The notes beneath the pieces were generated by a model, which was not told the origin of the DNA, ran no database searches, and saw only the letters and a list, made by a program, of their open reading frames with translations. From assembly GCA_030613065.1 (NCBI GenBank), contig JAUWMQ010000003.1, positions 499 to 64,498 of the forward strand: a DNA stretch of 64,000 nt, given 5' to 3'. A program made the position numbers and the translations under genes. Source of the DNA: Candidatus Aegiribacteria sp. (GTDB lineage Bacteria; Fermentibacterota; Fermentibacteria; Fermentibacterales; JCC-6). Position 1 is the stretch's first letter; each line of letters starts with the position of its first letter. Below, piece by piece: positions 1-9,403 of the stretch.

Positions 1-2309
1 TTCAGTGGTTCTCCGGGGATGACCTGCTTACAGTGAAGAGGATCATCGAGAGCACTTCCGGTGCGGCAAGGGCTTTCATCGTTACGGGAAGACCTGATGA
101 AAGTGGAAATGAACCTGATTTTCCGGACACAGCCTCTTACGTGAGAAAAGATACACTTCTCCTGGACGGTCTGCCTGAAGAGAGCATCAAATACTTCGTT
201 GAGGAACTTGGATCCGGATCGCCTGAAGATAGACTGGTTGAGTTTCTATGGGAGAGGGCAGGGGGCGTTCCTCTGTTCCTTGAGCAGGCGATTGATTACC
301 TGAGTGAAACTGGTTTCATCGAAAGCCGCGGCAGTGAACTGCTGCTGAAGGTTCCGACCGGTGATATACCTCTTTCAATAAGGGATATGTTCATTTCCCG
401 GATGCTTTCCATGCCCGATTCGGTAAGAAGGGTTGCCATCGCGGCATCCGTTCTGGGCAGCAGTTTCAGAAGATCGGATATAGAGGCAATTGTTGAGACA
501 GAATCGGTGGATTACGGTCTGATGACTGGAGCGGAAAAGCGCATATTTAATCTGGAAGGGTCTTCCGGCTCTTTCTCGCACATTCTGTTCCGTGACTGGA
601 TCAGCGAGCTCTCTCCCGCCGAGTTCCTTCGGGAGTTTCATCTGAAAGCCGGTTATTTAATTGAGAAGGAATCGGAATCGTACCCTTCGCCTTCCAGACT
701 GGAGAAGATTTCGGATCACTACCTGTTCGGAGGGGATGAAGGTAAGGCTGCCTCTTTCATGAGACAGGCGGCGGCCGCGTACGCTGACAATTTCGAGAAC
801 AGGGCTGCATCAAGGCTGTACACGAAACTAATATCCATGCTGGATGACCCGGAAAAAATCCGTACCGAACTGAAGCTGTCCGATGTATACAAGAATGGGG
901 GACTCCTCAACAGTGGAATTGAACTTCTCTCCGGTACGCTGGGGCGGATACGAGGCCTTTCGGCGGTTGACAGGCATTTAGAAGCGCTGGTAATGCTCAA
1001 GCTCGGCACATACCTGGGCTCATCCGGGAAGCTGAAAGAATCGGAGAAGATGCTTGAGAACTGCCTTATTGTTTTCGAGGAATTTGAAGATATTGAAAAC
1101 CAGGCTGTTGCCGTCAGGCAGCTGGGCCTGGCCGTGCGTTCAGCTGGAAGAATCGCTGAAGCATTAAATCTTGTTGAGCGGTCAATCGAACTTGCCAGAA
1201 GAACAGGTGATCCCGGGATGATTTGCGCGGCCCTTTACTGGTCTGCCATAACTTACAGACAGACAGGTGATTACCGGAAGATGAAGGAATGCACCGACGA
1301 AGAGGTGAAGCTTGCGGAAAGATCGGGCATCGTTAAAAGCATTCTTGCGGCATACGATAATCTCATGAGGGTACATATTTACAACGGAGATTACGAGGCC
1401 GCCGAGGAGGTTCATGAAAAACTCAGGAGTGCAGCGGAAAAAACCGCGAACTGGGCCGCCCTCAGTACGGCCACCAGCAAGCTGGGTATCATTCACCTGC
1501 GAAGATGTGAATGGGAATCCGCGATGGAATGTTTCAGAAAGTGCGTAAGCCTCACGGAGAAGACGGGGAATTTAAGGGCGAAATGTGCGGCGCTTGGAAA
1601 TCTTGCACACGTGGCAATTGAAATGGAAGAGATCGGATCAGCGCTTAAGTACTGCACGGAACTGATTGATACGGCGTCCGCAATCGGTTTTCAGACCGGA
1701 TTGATGTCCGGCTACGCGAGAATGGGATTCCTTTTCGCGCTCCGCGGGGATTACGAGTCTGCTCTTGACTGTATTCAAACGCAGATCGAACATGCGGAAT
1801 CCCTCCGCGATATCCGCAACCTTTCCAACGGCTGGGAAACCATTGCTGATATTCAGTTCAGGCTTAATGAAATACCAGAATCGATTGCGAGCATTGACAG
1901 AGCAATTGAGTATTCGTTGAAAGCGAGCGATATGCGTCAATACTCCGGTCAGCTCTCCCTCAAAGGCAGGATTCTTTTCTTGAGCGGCAGGAAGCGGGAG
2001 GCTGAGGGTATTCTTAAGGAAGCCCTTACCCATATTGAAGGAAGTAAGGGTAGTGAAAAACTGATTTTCCGCTGCGGGCTGTATCTGCAGGCAATTCAGG
2101 CTGAAACATGTCCGGAGATTTCCGATGAGATACTGCAGATACTTGAAGAGGCTCCTGACTCTTACAGCAGGGGTGAAGTGTATTACTGCCACTGGAAACT
2201 GACGCGTGACAGCCTGTCCGCCTCAAAAGCTATTGATCTTCTTACCGAATCCATAGGCTCCCTGCCTCAGCCTGTTCTCCAGAGACTGCTTGATGATCTG
2301 AAGAGATAA
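1..2309 (+). CDS. STAND/AAA_16-type NTPase C-terminal region with a long TPR-like repeat array (5'-partial, runs off the window start)
   Basis: The frame of ORF 33..2309 stays open back to position 3. The 'ERAGGVPLFLEQAIDYL' segment resembles the helical module that follows AAA_16 ATPase domains. The rest is periodic ~34-40 aa helical repeats with A/L/Y/G patterning. Confidence 0.6.
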   Translation, partial: QWFSGDDLLTVKRIIESTSGAARAFIVTGRPDESGNEPDFPDTASYVRKDTLLLDGLPEESIKYFVEELGSGSPEDRLVEFLWERAGGVPLFLEQAIDYLSETGFIESRGSELLLKVPTGDIPLSIRDMFISRMLSMPDSVRRVAIAASVLGSSFRRSDIEAIVETESVDYGLMTGAEKRIFNLEGSSGSFSHILFRDWISELSPAEFLREFHLKAGYLIEKESESYPSPSRLEKISDHYLFGGDEGKAASFMRQAAAAYADNFENRAASRLYTKLISMLDDPEKIRTELKLSDVYKNGGLLNSGIELLSGTLGRIRGLSAVDRHLEALVMLKLGTYLGSSGKLKESEKMLENCLIVFEEFEDIENQAVAVRQLGLAVRSAGRIAEALNLVERSIELARRTGDPGMICAALYWSAITYRQTGDYRKMKECTDEEVKLAERSGIVKSILAAYDNLMRVHIYNGDYEAAEEVHEKLRSAAEKTANWAALSTATSKLGIIHLRRCEWESAMECFRKCVSLTEKTGNLRAKCAALGNLAHVAIEMEEIGSALKYCTELIDTASAIGFQTGLMSGYARMGFLFALRGDYESALDCIQTQIEHAESLRDIRNLSNGWETIADIQFRLNEIPESIASIDRAIEYSLKASDMRQYSGQLSLKGRILFLSGRKREAEGILKEALTHIEGSKGSEKLIFRCGLYLQAIQAETCPEISDEILQILEEAPDSYSRGEVYYCHWKLTRDSLSASKAIDLLTESIGSLPQPVLQRLLDDLKR

Positions 2310-2367
2310 ATCCGCGGTCTTCCCGGAAGCCAGCATTCCGTCCGTCGGGAAAGAGGAAGCTCCAGGC

Positions 2368-3483
2368 CTACTCCTTGGTCTGTCGCCGGCTCTTTTCCAC
2401 AAGCTGCTCGATGCCGGTCAGGGTCTGTTTGTTTGCAGACCCTTCAATGGCCTTCACAGCAATGTCCTGTACTTTCCCGTATGCATTTTCCAACCGGGTG
2501 TTAATCCCGGCGAGTTGTTTGGTCTGTTCCGCAACAACGCTTTCGAGGGATTCAATTTTCGTCTGTAGTACGTTTACCTTTCCTTCAGCCTCTTTTTTAA
2601 GGAACGCTTCATTTCTCTTTGCTTCCTCATTCAGCCTATCCGCTGTCTCCTTGACGGTTTTGGTGATGTGGATTTCAAGTTCTTCTGGAAAAGCAGCCAC
2701 TTTTTTCTCAAGGTCTTCCATGTGTGTTTCCATTTCTGCAACCCTGGTTTCTCGATCCTGCAGTTCTTTCTCCTTTTCTTTAACGCTTTTCTCAAAGGTT
2801 TCCTTTTGAAGGGACATCTTTTTTTCCAGTTTCTCCATTTCATCCGTCAATTTGTTCTTGGTCAGCTCCTGCTCACGCTTTGAATTATAGTCAAACTCGT
2901 CCTTTTGTCGTTGTTGCAGCTTATTTTCCTCGGTGTCCCTATCCTTGACGGACTCCTGGTGAGTATGTTTTTCCTTGTCCCACAGGGTGCGAGTTAATTG
3001 AATCTCATCCTCCAAATGTTTCTTTTTGGTACTCATTTCATCATCATACTCGGCTATTTTCCGGGACATTTCAGTTTCGTACTCCAGCTTTTTCTGGTTA
3101 TGGGCTTCAATCAATGCCGCCAGGGCATGGGCGGACCGTTCGATTTCAAAGATCTCCTTCAGCTCATTATCTTTAATGACAATGGCCTCCTGTATCTTCT
3201 TGTACTTCTCCGTCTCTACCTCAAGTTTCTCGGAAATCCGGGTCAGTGATTTGCCCATCTCCATTTTTAAATCGCTGATTTTTGTCAGCACGCTCTCCTC
3301 CACGAGAGCATCGGCCACGCCCACAACTTCCGCCGCCTTTTTCTCCTCAAGTATTTTCTCCGGTTTTAGCTCGCTTTTGGCTTTATCCTCCAACTGCCTG
3401 ACCAGATCGTTATACGCTTCTATAATTTCTTTTTTAGTATTGGACATTGAAACATCTGATTCAGTCTCTTTTATGACAACCAT
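2368..3483 (-). CDS. E/K-rich coiled-coil protein, function unknown
   Basis: 371-aa ORF with a GAGAGG Shine-Dalgarno 6 nt upstream of ATG 3483. The whole length is heptad-like and E/K/L/T-rich. Convergent with the TPR gene. Confidence 0.6.
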   Translation of the reverse strand: MVVIKETESDVSMSNTKKEIIEAYNDLVRQLEDKAKSELKPEKILEEKKAAEVVGVADALVEESVLTKISDLKMEMGKSLTRISEKLEVETEKYKKIQEAIVIKDNELKEIFEIERSAHALAALIEAHNQKKLEYETEMSRKIAEYDDEMSTKKKHLEDEIQLTRTLWDKEKHTHQESVKDRDTEENKLQQRQKDEFDYNSKREQELTKNKLTDEMEKLEKKMSLQKETFEKSVKEKEKELQDRETRVAEMETHMEDLEKKVAAFPEELEIHITKTVKETADRLNEEAKRNEAFLKKEAEGKVNVLQTKIESLESVVAEQTKQLAGINTRLENAYGKVQDIAVKAIEGSANKQTLTGIEQLVEKSRRQTKE

Positions 3484-3806
3484 GATAAACCTCTCTGCTT
3501 TTTATGGTTAATACAACGAAATTTCGTGATTTCTACCAATTCAGACCACTGCATGACGGAATCCGGTGTCCACGGCTTCCCGCCCTTTTCCAAAACCGGC
3601 TGTTTCTTCAGTCATTTTTATCCTCTCATCTATTATCTTGTGAGTGACGAGTTTTCTCCCGCCTTATTCTAACAATCTACACTATGCATTTGAGCTTACA
3701 ATTGCAAGCTCGATTGAGGTTGGGCCTGTATCTTAAGGCGTTTCAGAAAAAATGATCTGCGTGAGCGTTGCCAAAGAGGCATTCAGACGCAGACTCGACC
3801 CTGGAA

Positions 3807-4349
3807 TTATGTGCGGATTGCCCTCGTAATGGTAACTGCGATAAAATACGAACACAGATTTGCCGAATATGATTCCGATATCGGGTTTAAGCGGAATGAA
3901 TCAGGCCCAGATGGCACAAAATAGGTTGCAATCTTTTTCCCTGATTTGGGCACTTTGATCCCATCACCGACGATTACCCTTCTCCCGTTGATCTGCAGAA
4001 TGCCGGGTTGTACGTTCTGAATTACTGTGACCCACAACTGCGTGAGCTTATCCAGATCCAGAGCTGTGGAATGGAAGAACCCAAGGATACGCTCATAGCA
4101 GGCCTTTTTAAGTCCCAGCGCACGAACGAGGCTGGTAATCCCAAACAGATCACCTCTGGCAGTCATGGCCGCCAGAGAAGCACTCATCCATAGAAAAGTC
4201 CTTGATCGGGAACAGGCCGGTCTCAGCTGCTGAACTACTCGCCACCACTGCAACCATAACTGCATGCTCGCCTCTATATTTTCACCTTGAGATATTTTCT
4301 CTTGTGCCCATTGGTAATATAGCATATATATGCTATACACACAATACAT
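3807..4349 (-). pseudogene. Truncated IS4/IS701-like DDE transposase (N-terminal ~135 aa, then out-of-family tail)
   Basis: The segment 'RTFLWMSASLAAMTARGDLFGITSLVRALGL...YERILGFFHSTALDLDKLTQLW...VIVGDGIKVPKSGKK' matches the N-terminal region of a transposase family I recognise. No DDE catalytic core follows, and at 180 aa it is far too short. Confidence 0.5.
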
Positions 4350-4361
4350 AAGGAGGCTCCT

Positions 4362-4685
4362 ATGAGCAATGCAAAAATCAGAGAGATTGAGAAGGAGATC
4401 GAGCGGATCAAGGAACAGCTTCAGGAAATCGGAGAGATGAGACCAGGGTCACTAACGCAGCAGTACCGGGTGCCGAGCGAAAAGCTCGGCGGTTACTACC
4501 AGCTCAGCTACATGCACAAGATGAAGAGTCGCACCGATTATGTGCGGCCCCAGTTCGTCGATCAGGTCAGTACGCAGGTTGCTACTTACAAACGCTTTAA
4601 AAAACTAGTCGACAGATGGATTGAGCTCGCTATATTACATTCCAAGCTCACAATGGATATCGCAAAAAAGAAAGGAGCAAAGTAG
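4362..4685 (+). CDS. Small basic helical protein inside the IS remnant (DUF6788-like from memory, unverified)
   Basis: 107-aa ORF with an AAGGAGG Shine-Dalgarno upstream. Its stop lies 2 nt before the right inverted repeat. Divergent from the transposase fragment, with the two start codons 12 nt apart. Confidence 0.5.
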   Translation: MSNAKIREIEKEIERIKEQLQEIGEMRPGSLTQQYRVPSEKLGGYYQLSYMHKMKSRTDYVRPQFVDQVSTQVATYKRFKKLVDRWIELAILHSKLTMDIAKKKGAK

Positions 4686-4873
4686 ACGAGAACTCGTCAC
4701 TCTCAAGTATTATGAATACCGGTATCTATGATAATACTCTTTCTTCATGATAAATGAAAAGCGGGAGAATCGGAGCCCTCCTAAGTGGTGTACGAAGTAT
4801 CTGACTGATTTAATGATTGACACGACATGACCGCTTACCCATCTTTACTTAACTTATCTGAAAGGTGGTTCTA

Positions 4874-5404
4874 ATGGAGAAGAAACGTAAATTCATACTC
4901 ATCATCGCGGTCGCGGGAATGATAGGTACATTCCTGCCCTGGGCAAGCATTTCCGGGTTTGTTACGGTAAGTGGTACTCAGGGTGACGGATGGATCACAC
5001 TCGCCCTGTTTGCAATCGGTGGTGCTATTGCTTTCTTCAGCGGGGAAAAGACAGAAGCTATCAAGAAGAAGATCTCGACTGCTGTCTGGGTTACTGCCGC
5101 AATAGCAGCCATAATTGCTTTAATCAATCTTTTCAAATTGTCTCATGGCTTTAGCGCCGGCTTCGGTCTATGGCTCGTAATTATCGCCGGTCTCGCGCAG
5201 GTGTTTGTTACACTGTTCTTCAAGGGCGAAGGCGGCTGGGACATTCCCAAATCGGTAGCTGACGTTAAAGCAGCTGCCAGAATTCCTTCAGCAAAAGAGG
5301 AAGCCGCTCCTGCCGCACCAGCTGCTCCTGCAGCACCTGAGGCTCCAGTTGCGCCAGAAACATCCGAAGCTCCTCCAGCAGAGGAAGAGGAAGTTAAGGA
5401 ATAA
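4874..5404 (+). CDS. Polytopic membrane protein with a Pro/Ala/Glu-rich C-terminal tail
   Basis: ATG 4874 is preceded by an AGGTGG Shine-Dalgarno (the ORF track starts at GTG 4865). About 4 hydrophobic helices, then a PAAPAAPAAPEAPVAPE low-complexity tail. Confidence 0.55.
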   Translation: MEKKRKFILIIAVAGMIGTFLPWASISGFVTVSGTQGDGWITLALFAIGGAIAFFSGEKTEAIKKKISTAVWVTAAIAAIIALINLFKLSHGFSAGFGLWLVIIAGLAQVFVTLFFKGEGGWDIPKSVADVKAAARIPSAKEEAAPAAPAAPAAPEAPVAPETSEAPPAEEEEVKE

Positions 5405-5455
5405 CTTCTTAATTATCAACCATATTGGTTGATATTCCTTCGTTCATTCAGTATC

Positions 5456-5482
5456 GGTGCCCCTGCGATCAGCAGGGGCACC
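5456..5482 (+). terminator. GC-rich hairpin downstream of the membrane-protein gene
   Basis: GGTGCCCCTGC-gatca-GCAGGGGCACC forms an 11-bp perfect stem. The downstream T tract is weak. Confidence 0.4.
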
Positions 5483-5577
5483 TTCAATTACACTTGTTCT
5501 ACGGTTCAGATATTAGCATAATCGCTCTTCTTTGTTTGTTGTATTGTCTATTACTGTACTCGGAAAACAGGTAGTTT

Positions 5578-6132
5578 ATGTTCGCTATAATTCCGCAAAG
5601 CTGGAAATGTGATCTTAAGGGTCTTGCTCAGGTTTTCAGGCGGAGTGATGATCCTCTGGAGAATCATGATATGATCCGTTCTAATCTGATGGATGGAGAA
5701 CATCTATTCCTTATTGGAACGGAAGGCGTATCCGATATTAACAGGTATATTGTTGCCACGGATCATATTGCGCTTTTCGGAAGCAGCCCTCTGGCAGGGC
5801 CGAACAGAGACGACCTGGGTCCTCGGTTCCCTTCACTTATGGGGATGTACATCGCGCCGGAAGGCGAATGGGACAGGGGTGTTATCGGAAGGGTCCCTGA
5901 ATGGAGGCTGGCAACACCTGCAGAGCTCAGACTGTTTGGTACCGAGACACTGGTTTCAGAAGGGATAGGCGAAGCAGAAATCGCAGGACACGGAGGGGCA
6001 AAAGTTGTGCTCCTTGTCAGGAGCCACGGCTGGGAATCGATGAATACTCAGCCCCCGCCAGTTCGGGAAGTGGCCGCCGCTGCAGTAGACATTTACAATT
6101 CTAAATTCACCGGGGGAGGTGAGGAGCAGTGA
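5578..6132 (+). CDS. Truncated/degenerate purine nucleoside phosphorylase (PNP/MTAP family)-like protein
   Basis: 'DHIALFGSSPLAGPNRDDLGPRFPSLMGMY' and 'LATPAELRLFG' match the central PNP signature (PL.GPN...GpRFp.m..aY ; ETPAE). The N-terminal phosphate-binding ~80 aa is absent. The stop overlaps the ileS GTG start (GTGA). Confidence 0.45.
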   Translation: MFAIIPQSWKCDLKGLAQVFRRSDDPLENHDMIRSNLMDGEHLFLIGTEGVSDINRYIVATDHIALFGSSPLAGPNRDDLGPRFPSLMGMYIAPEGEWDRGVIGRVPEWRLATPAELRLFGTETLVSEGIGEAEIAGHGGAKVVLLVRSHGWESMNTQPPPVREVAAAAVDIYNSKFTGGGEEQ

Positions 6133-8897
6133 ACTATAAAGATACAATACAATTACCCAGAACCGACTTCTCCATGAAAGGCAATCTCATTAAGAAGGAG
6201 CCTGAAACACTTGAGAAGTGGAATGTGGAGAACCTTTACGCGAAGATCAGGCAGGCCGGGAAGGATTCTCCGAAGTTCATTCTCCATGACGGGCCTCCCT
6301 ATGCGAACGGACACGTTCACCTTGGAACGGCGCTTAACAAGATACTGAAGGATTTCATAGTCAAATCCTTCACCATGATGGGATACGATTCCCCGTACGT
6401 TCCCGGATGGGATTGCCACGGCATGCCCATAGAACACAAGGTTATGGATCAACAGCCTGATAGCGGAAAACACCTTTCAAGGACTGAAATAAGAAGGAAG
6501 TGCCGGGAATACGCTTCGGAGTATGTTGAAATTCAAAGAGAGGAATTCAAAAGACTTGGCGTATTCGGAGACTGGGAAAGACCCTATCTTACGATGAGCA
6601 CAGATTACGAATCAGGAATTATACGAGCCTTTGGCGATCTTGTGGAAGGCGGCTACGTATATCAGGGCCTGCGGCCTATACACTGGTGCATGAAATGCGG
6701 TACCGCACTGGCCGAGGCGGAAGTGGAACACGGAGACCATACTTCGCCGTCGATATATGTGGCATTTAAGCAGGAAAATCCCGATGAATGGGAGAGTCGC
6801 GGTGTTCCCGTGGATACCGAAACAGTTATCTGGACGACTACACCATGGACTCTGCCTGCGAACCTGGCTGTGGCTCTGCACCCTTCAGAGAAATATGTGA
6901 TCATTGAATCCTGCGAACGGCGATTCCTCGTGGCCGAGAAAAGGGTGGAAGCCTTCATGAAGGATTCGGAGATCAGCGGCAGCGTACTTCGAGAGCCTGT
7001 CTTCAAGGGCAGTGAGCTTGAGGGCCTTCTTCTGAAGCATCCCATCTTCGGGGACAGAACTTCCCTTTTGATTGTGGCCGATCATGTAACCATGGAAGAT
7101 GGTACTGGATGTGTTCATACCGCACCCGGACACGGAGCTGAGGATTTCGTCGTGGGCCTGAAGTACGGCCTTGAGATATTCAGCCCTGTGAATGAAGATG
7201 GAACCTTCTCCGAGGCAGCCGGCAGATATTCAGGCATCCATGTATTCAAAGCCAACGCAGAAATAGTGGATGATCTGAAGAGCTCCGGGCAACTTCTTGC
7301 GGATAAGAATATGAAGCACAGTTATCCTCACTGCTGGAGATGCAAGAAGCCGCTGATATTCAGGGCAACAAGACAGTTTTTCCTCAGCCTTTCAAAGAAC
7401 GATCTGAAAAAGAGGGTTCTTGAGCGGGTCGATGAGGTGAAATGGCATCCCGGATGGGGCTACGAGCGTATGAAGAACATGATGGCGGTGCGCCCCGACT
7501 GGTGTCTCTCGAGGCAGAGGTCATGGGGGGTGGCACTTCCCGTTTTCACATGTCCGGATTGCTTTGAGCCTGTCCTGGACCACGAGGTCATACGCGCTGT
7601 TTCAGCAGAAGTAGCTGACAAAGGGTCGGATATATGGTTCGAAATGAATGCAGAAGAGCTTTTTGCTCTCGCGGGAAAGAATGCAGTCTGCCCTTCGTGC
7701 GGAGGCGAAAATATTCAGAGAGTGGATGATATACTTGATGTATGGTTCGACAGTTCACTGAGCCATTACAATGTACTTACCGAGAAACATGGTCTGTCAC
7801 GACCTGCCGCCGTATACCTTGAAGCAACCGACCAGCATCGCGGATGGTTCGGCGTAAGCCTGATCACAAGTGAAGCCCTCGGGATGGGCAGGCCGGCGGA
7901 CAACATAATAACCCACGGTCTGATCCAGGATAAGAGCGGAAGGAAGATGTCCAAGTCCCTGGGCAACGTCATGTCACCTCTGAAGATAACAGACCGCGAG
8001 GGAGCTGATATACTGAGGCTCTGGTTTGCCAGCGTGGATTACTCGGCGGATTTCCGGGCTGATCTGTCCCAGCTTGACGACGCCAGGGAGGCTTACAGAA
8101 AACTTCGCAATACGTTAAGGTTCATACTTGGCAATCTTGGTGAATTTAATGAATTCAATCTTGAACCGGACAGACTTGAGGGTTTTGACCGATACATCTA
8201 TCTCAGGTTCAGGAAGCTCTGCCGATTCTGCATAGATGAATACAGAAAGTTCCAGTTTCACCGGGTCTATCGTGAACTCAGGAACTTCGCGGTTATAAGT
8301 CTTTCCGGTCAGTTCCTTGACATGAGGAAAGACAGGCTTTACTGCAGTGACCCAAGTTCTGAATCCAGCAGGATGACCAGACAGGTTATGGCTTACATAC
8401 TGAAGAATCTTATTCAGCTTCTGGCACCCCTGATTCCCTTTACAGCTGAAGAGGCCTGGCTTGCGCTTCCTGAATGCCTGAGGGGGGAGGATGAAAGCGT
8501 TCACCTTTCAATTTATCCCGGTTCCGAAACTCTTCTGGATACCGAAGAGGATAGCGCAGTGCTTAAAGAGTGGGAACCCTATCTGGAGGTCAGGAAATCT
8601 GTTCTGAAGGAACTTGAGGAGAAGCGGGCTTCAGGAGATATTGGCGGCGGGCTGGATGCAATGGTTTCACTTACCGTTCCTTTGAACATGGTCGCGTCCG
8701 CCGGGGGTGAGGACTGGTCAGACTTTCTCATAGTCTCATATGCTGACGTAAAACCCGGCGATGAGTTATCTGTATCAGTCGAGAAGGCGAAGGGTTCGAA
8801 GTGCAACAGATGCTGGAAGATACTGCCCGAAGTTGGAACCCTCATTCCGGATGATGTATGCGCCAGATGCGCCGAAGTCCTTGATGGTAAATCTTGA
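6129..8897 (+). CDS. ileS: Isoleucine--tRNA ligase
   Basis: N-terminus MNYKDTIQLPRTDFSMKGNL. HIGH-type motif 'PYANGHVHLGTA', KMSKS motif 'KMSKSLGN', and a C-terminal Zn finger 'CNRCWK...CARC'. 922 aa. Confidence 0.97.
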   Translation: MNYKDTIQLPRTDFSMKGNLIKKEPETLEKWNVENLYAKIRQAGKDSPKFILHDGPPYANGHVHLGTALNKILKDFIVKSFTMMGYDSPYVPGWDCHGMPIEHKVMDQQPDSGKHLSRTEIRRKCREYASEYVEIQREEFKRLGVFGDWERPYLTMSTDYESGIIRAFGDLVEGGYVYQGLRPIHWCMKCGTALAEAEVEHGDHTSPSIYVAFKQENPDEWESRGVPVDTETVIWTTTPWTLPANLAVALHPSEKYVIIESCERRFLVAEKRVEAFMKDSEISGSVLREPVFKGSELEGLLLKHPIFGDRTSLLIVADHVTMEDGTGCVHTAPGHGAEDFVVGLKYGLEIFSPVNEDGTFSEAAGRYSGIHVFKANAEIVDDLKSSGQLLADKNMKHSYPHCWRCKKPLIFRATRQFFLSLSKNDLKKRVLERVDEVKWHPGWGYERMKNMMAVRPDWCLSRQRSWGVALPVFTCPDCFEPVLDHEVIRAVSAEVADKGSDIWFEMNAEELFALAGKNAVCPSCGGENIQRVDDILDVWFDSSLSHYNVLTEKHGLSRPAAVYLEATDQHRGWFGVSLITSEALGMGRPADNIITHGLIQDKSGRKMSKSLGNVMSPLKITDREGADILRLWFASVDYSADFRADLSQLDDAREAYRKLRNTLRFILGNLGEFNEFNLEPDRLEGFDRYIYLRFRKLCRFCIDEYRKFQFHRVYRELRNFAVISLSGQFLDMRKDRLYCSDPSSESSRMTRQVMAYILKNLIQLLAPLIPFTAEEAWLALPECLRGEDESVHLSIYPGSETLLDTEEDSAVLKEWEPYLEVRKSVLKELEEKRASGDIGGGLDAMVSLTVPLNMVASAGGEDWSDFLIVSYADVKPGDELSVSVEKAKGSKCNRCWKILPEVGTLIPDDVCARCAEVLDGKS

Positions 8898-9403
8898 AAA
8901 CCGAGCAGAGATCCAGGTCATACGGCTACGTCACCGCGCTTACGGTCCTTGCGATTGATCAGCTGACCAAGAGGCTTGCTCTTGGCGGACTGGAGCTGCA
9001 TCACCCTGAAGCGATACTCGGTAACATTCTGAGATTCACACTTGCCTGGAACCAGGGCGCCGCCTTCAGTATGCCCTGGGGGGGTCCACTGTTCCTGACC
9101 GTTGTTACAGCAGCGGCAGCCCTGATGGTTTCTATCTTCATATGGAAGTTAGGAAAGCATTCCCCGCTTTTTCTTGCGGGTATGGGAGCAATTCTTGGCG
9201 GAGCGCTTGGAAATCTTCTGGACAGGTTAATGTACGGCAAAGTAGTCGATTTCATTGACCTGGGTTTCACCGGATGGCGGTGGCCAACATTCAATGTCGC
9301 TGATATAGCTATTACAGGCGGCGGCATCATTCTTGTCATCCTGTACAAGAAGGAGGCTGCTGCTGAAGAGGAAGATATTAAGGAGGATACGAATGCAGGC
9401 TAA
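8894..9403 (+). CDS. lspA: Lipoprotein signal peptidase II
   Basis: Conserved ileS-lspA synteny with a 4-nt overlap (TTGA). Four TM segments and the 'FNVADIAI' catalytic-Asp motif. Confidence 0.9.
   Translation: MKTEQRSRSYGYVTALTVLAIDQLTKRLALGGLELHHPEAILGNILRFTLAWNQGAAFSMPWGGPLFLTVVTAAAALMVSIFIWKLGKHSPLFLAGMGAILGGALGNLLDRLMYGKVVDFIDLGFTGWRWPTFNVADIAITGGGIILVILYKKEAAAEEEDIKEDTNAG

Larger units (their letters stand above)
3637..4707. mobile_element. Internally deleted insertion sequence remnant (DDE transposase fragment plus small accessory ORF)
   Basis: Imperfect terminal inverted repeats: CTTGTGAGTGACGAGTTTTCTC (3637-3658) versus the reverse complement of GAGAACTCGTCACTCTCAAG (4688-4707). 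Flanked by an identical 6-bp direct repeat TATTAT (3631-3636 and 4708-4713). Encloses a truncated transposase ORF. Confidence 0.6.

Noticed and set aside
9333-9392. Extended N-termini given by the ORF track for carbamate kinase (9333), hisS (44122), the rSAM (36713), the SPOR protein (61442) and the DOMON protein (44282)
   Set aside because: In each case the extension overlaps a neighbouring gene or lacks a Shine-Dalgarno. An internal start with a strong Shine-Dalgarno coincides with the beginning of the conserved domain or signal peptide.
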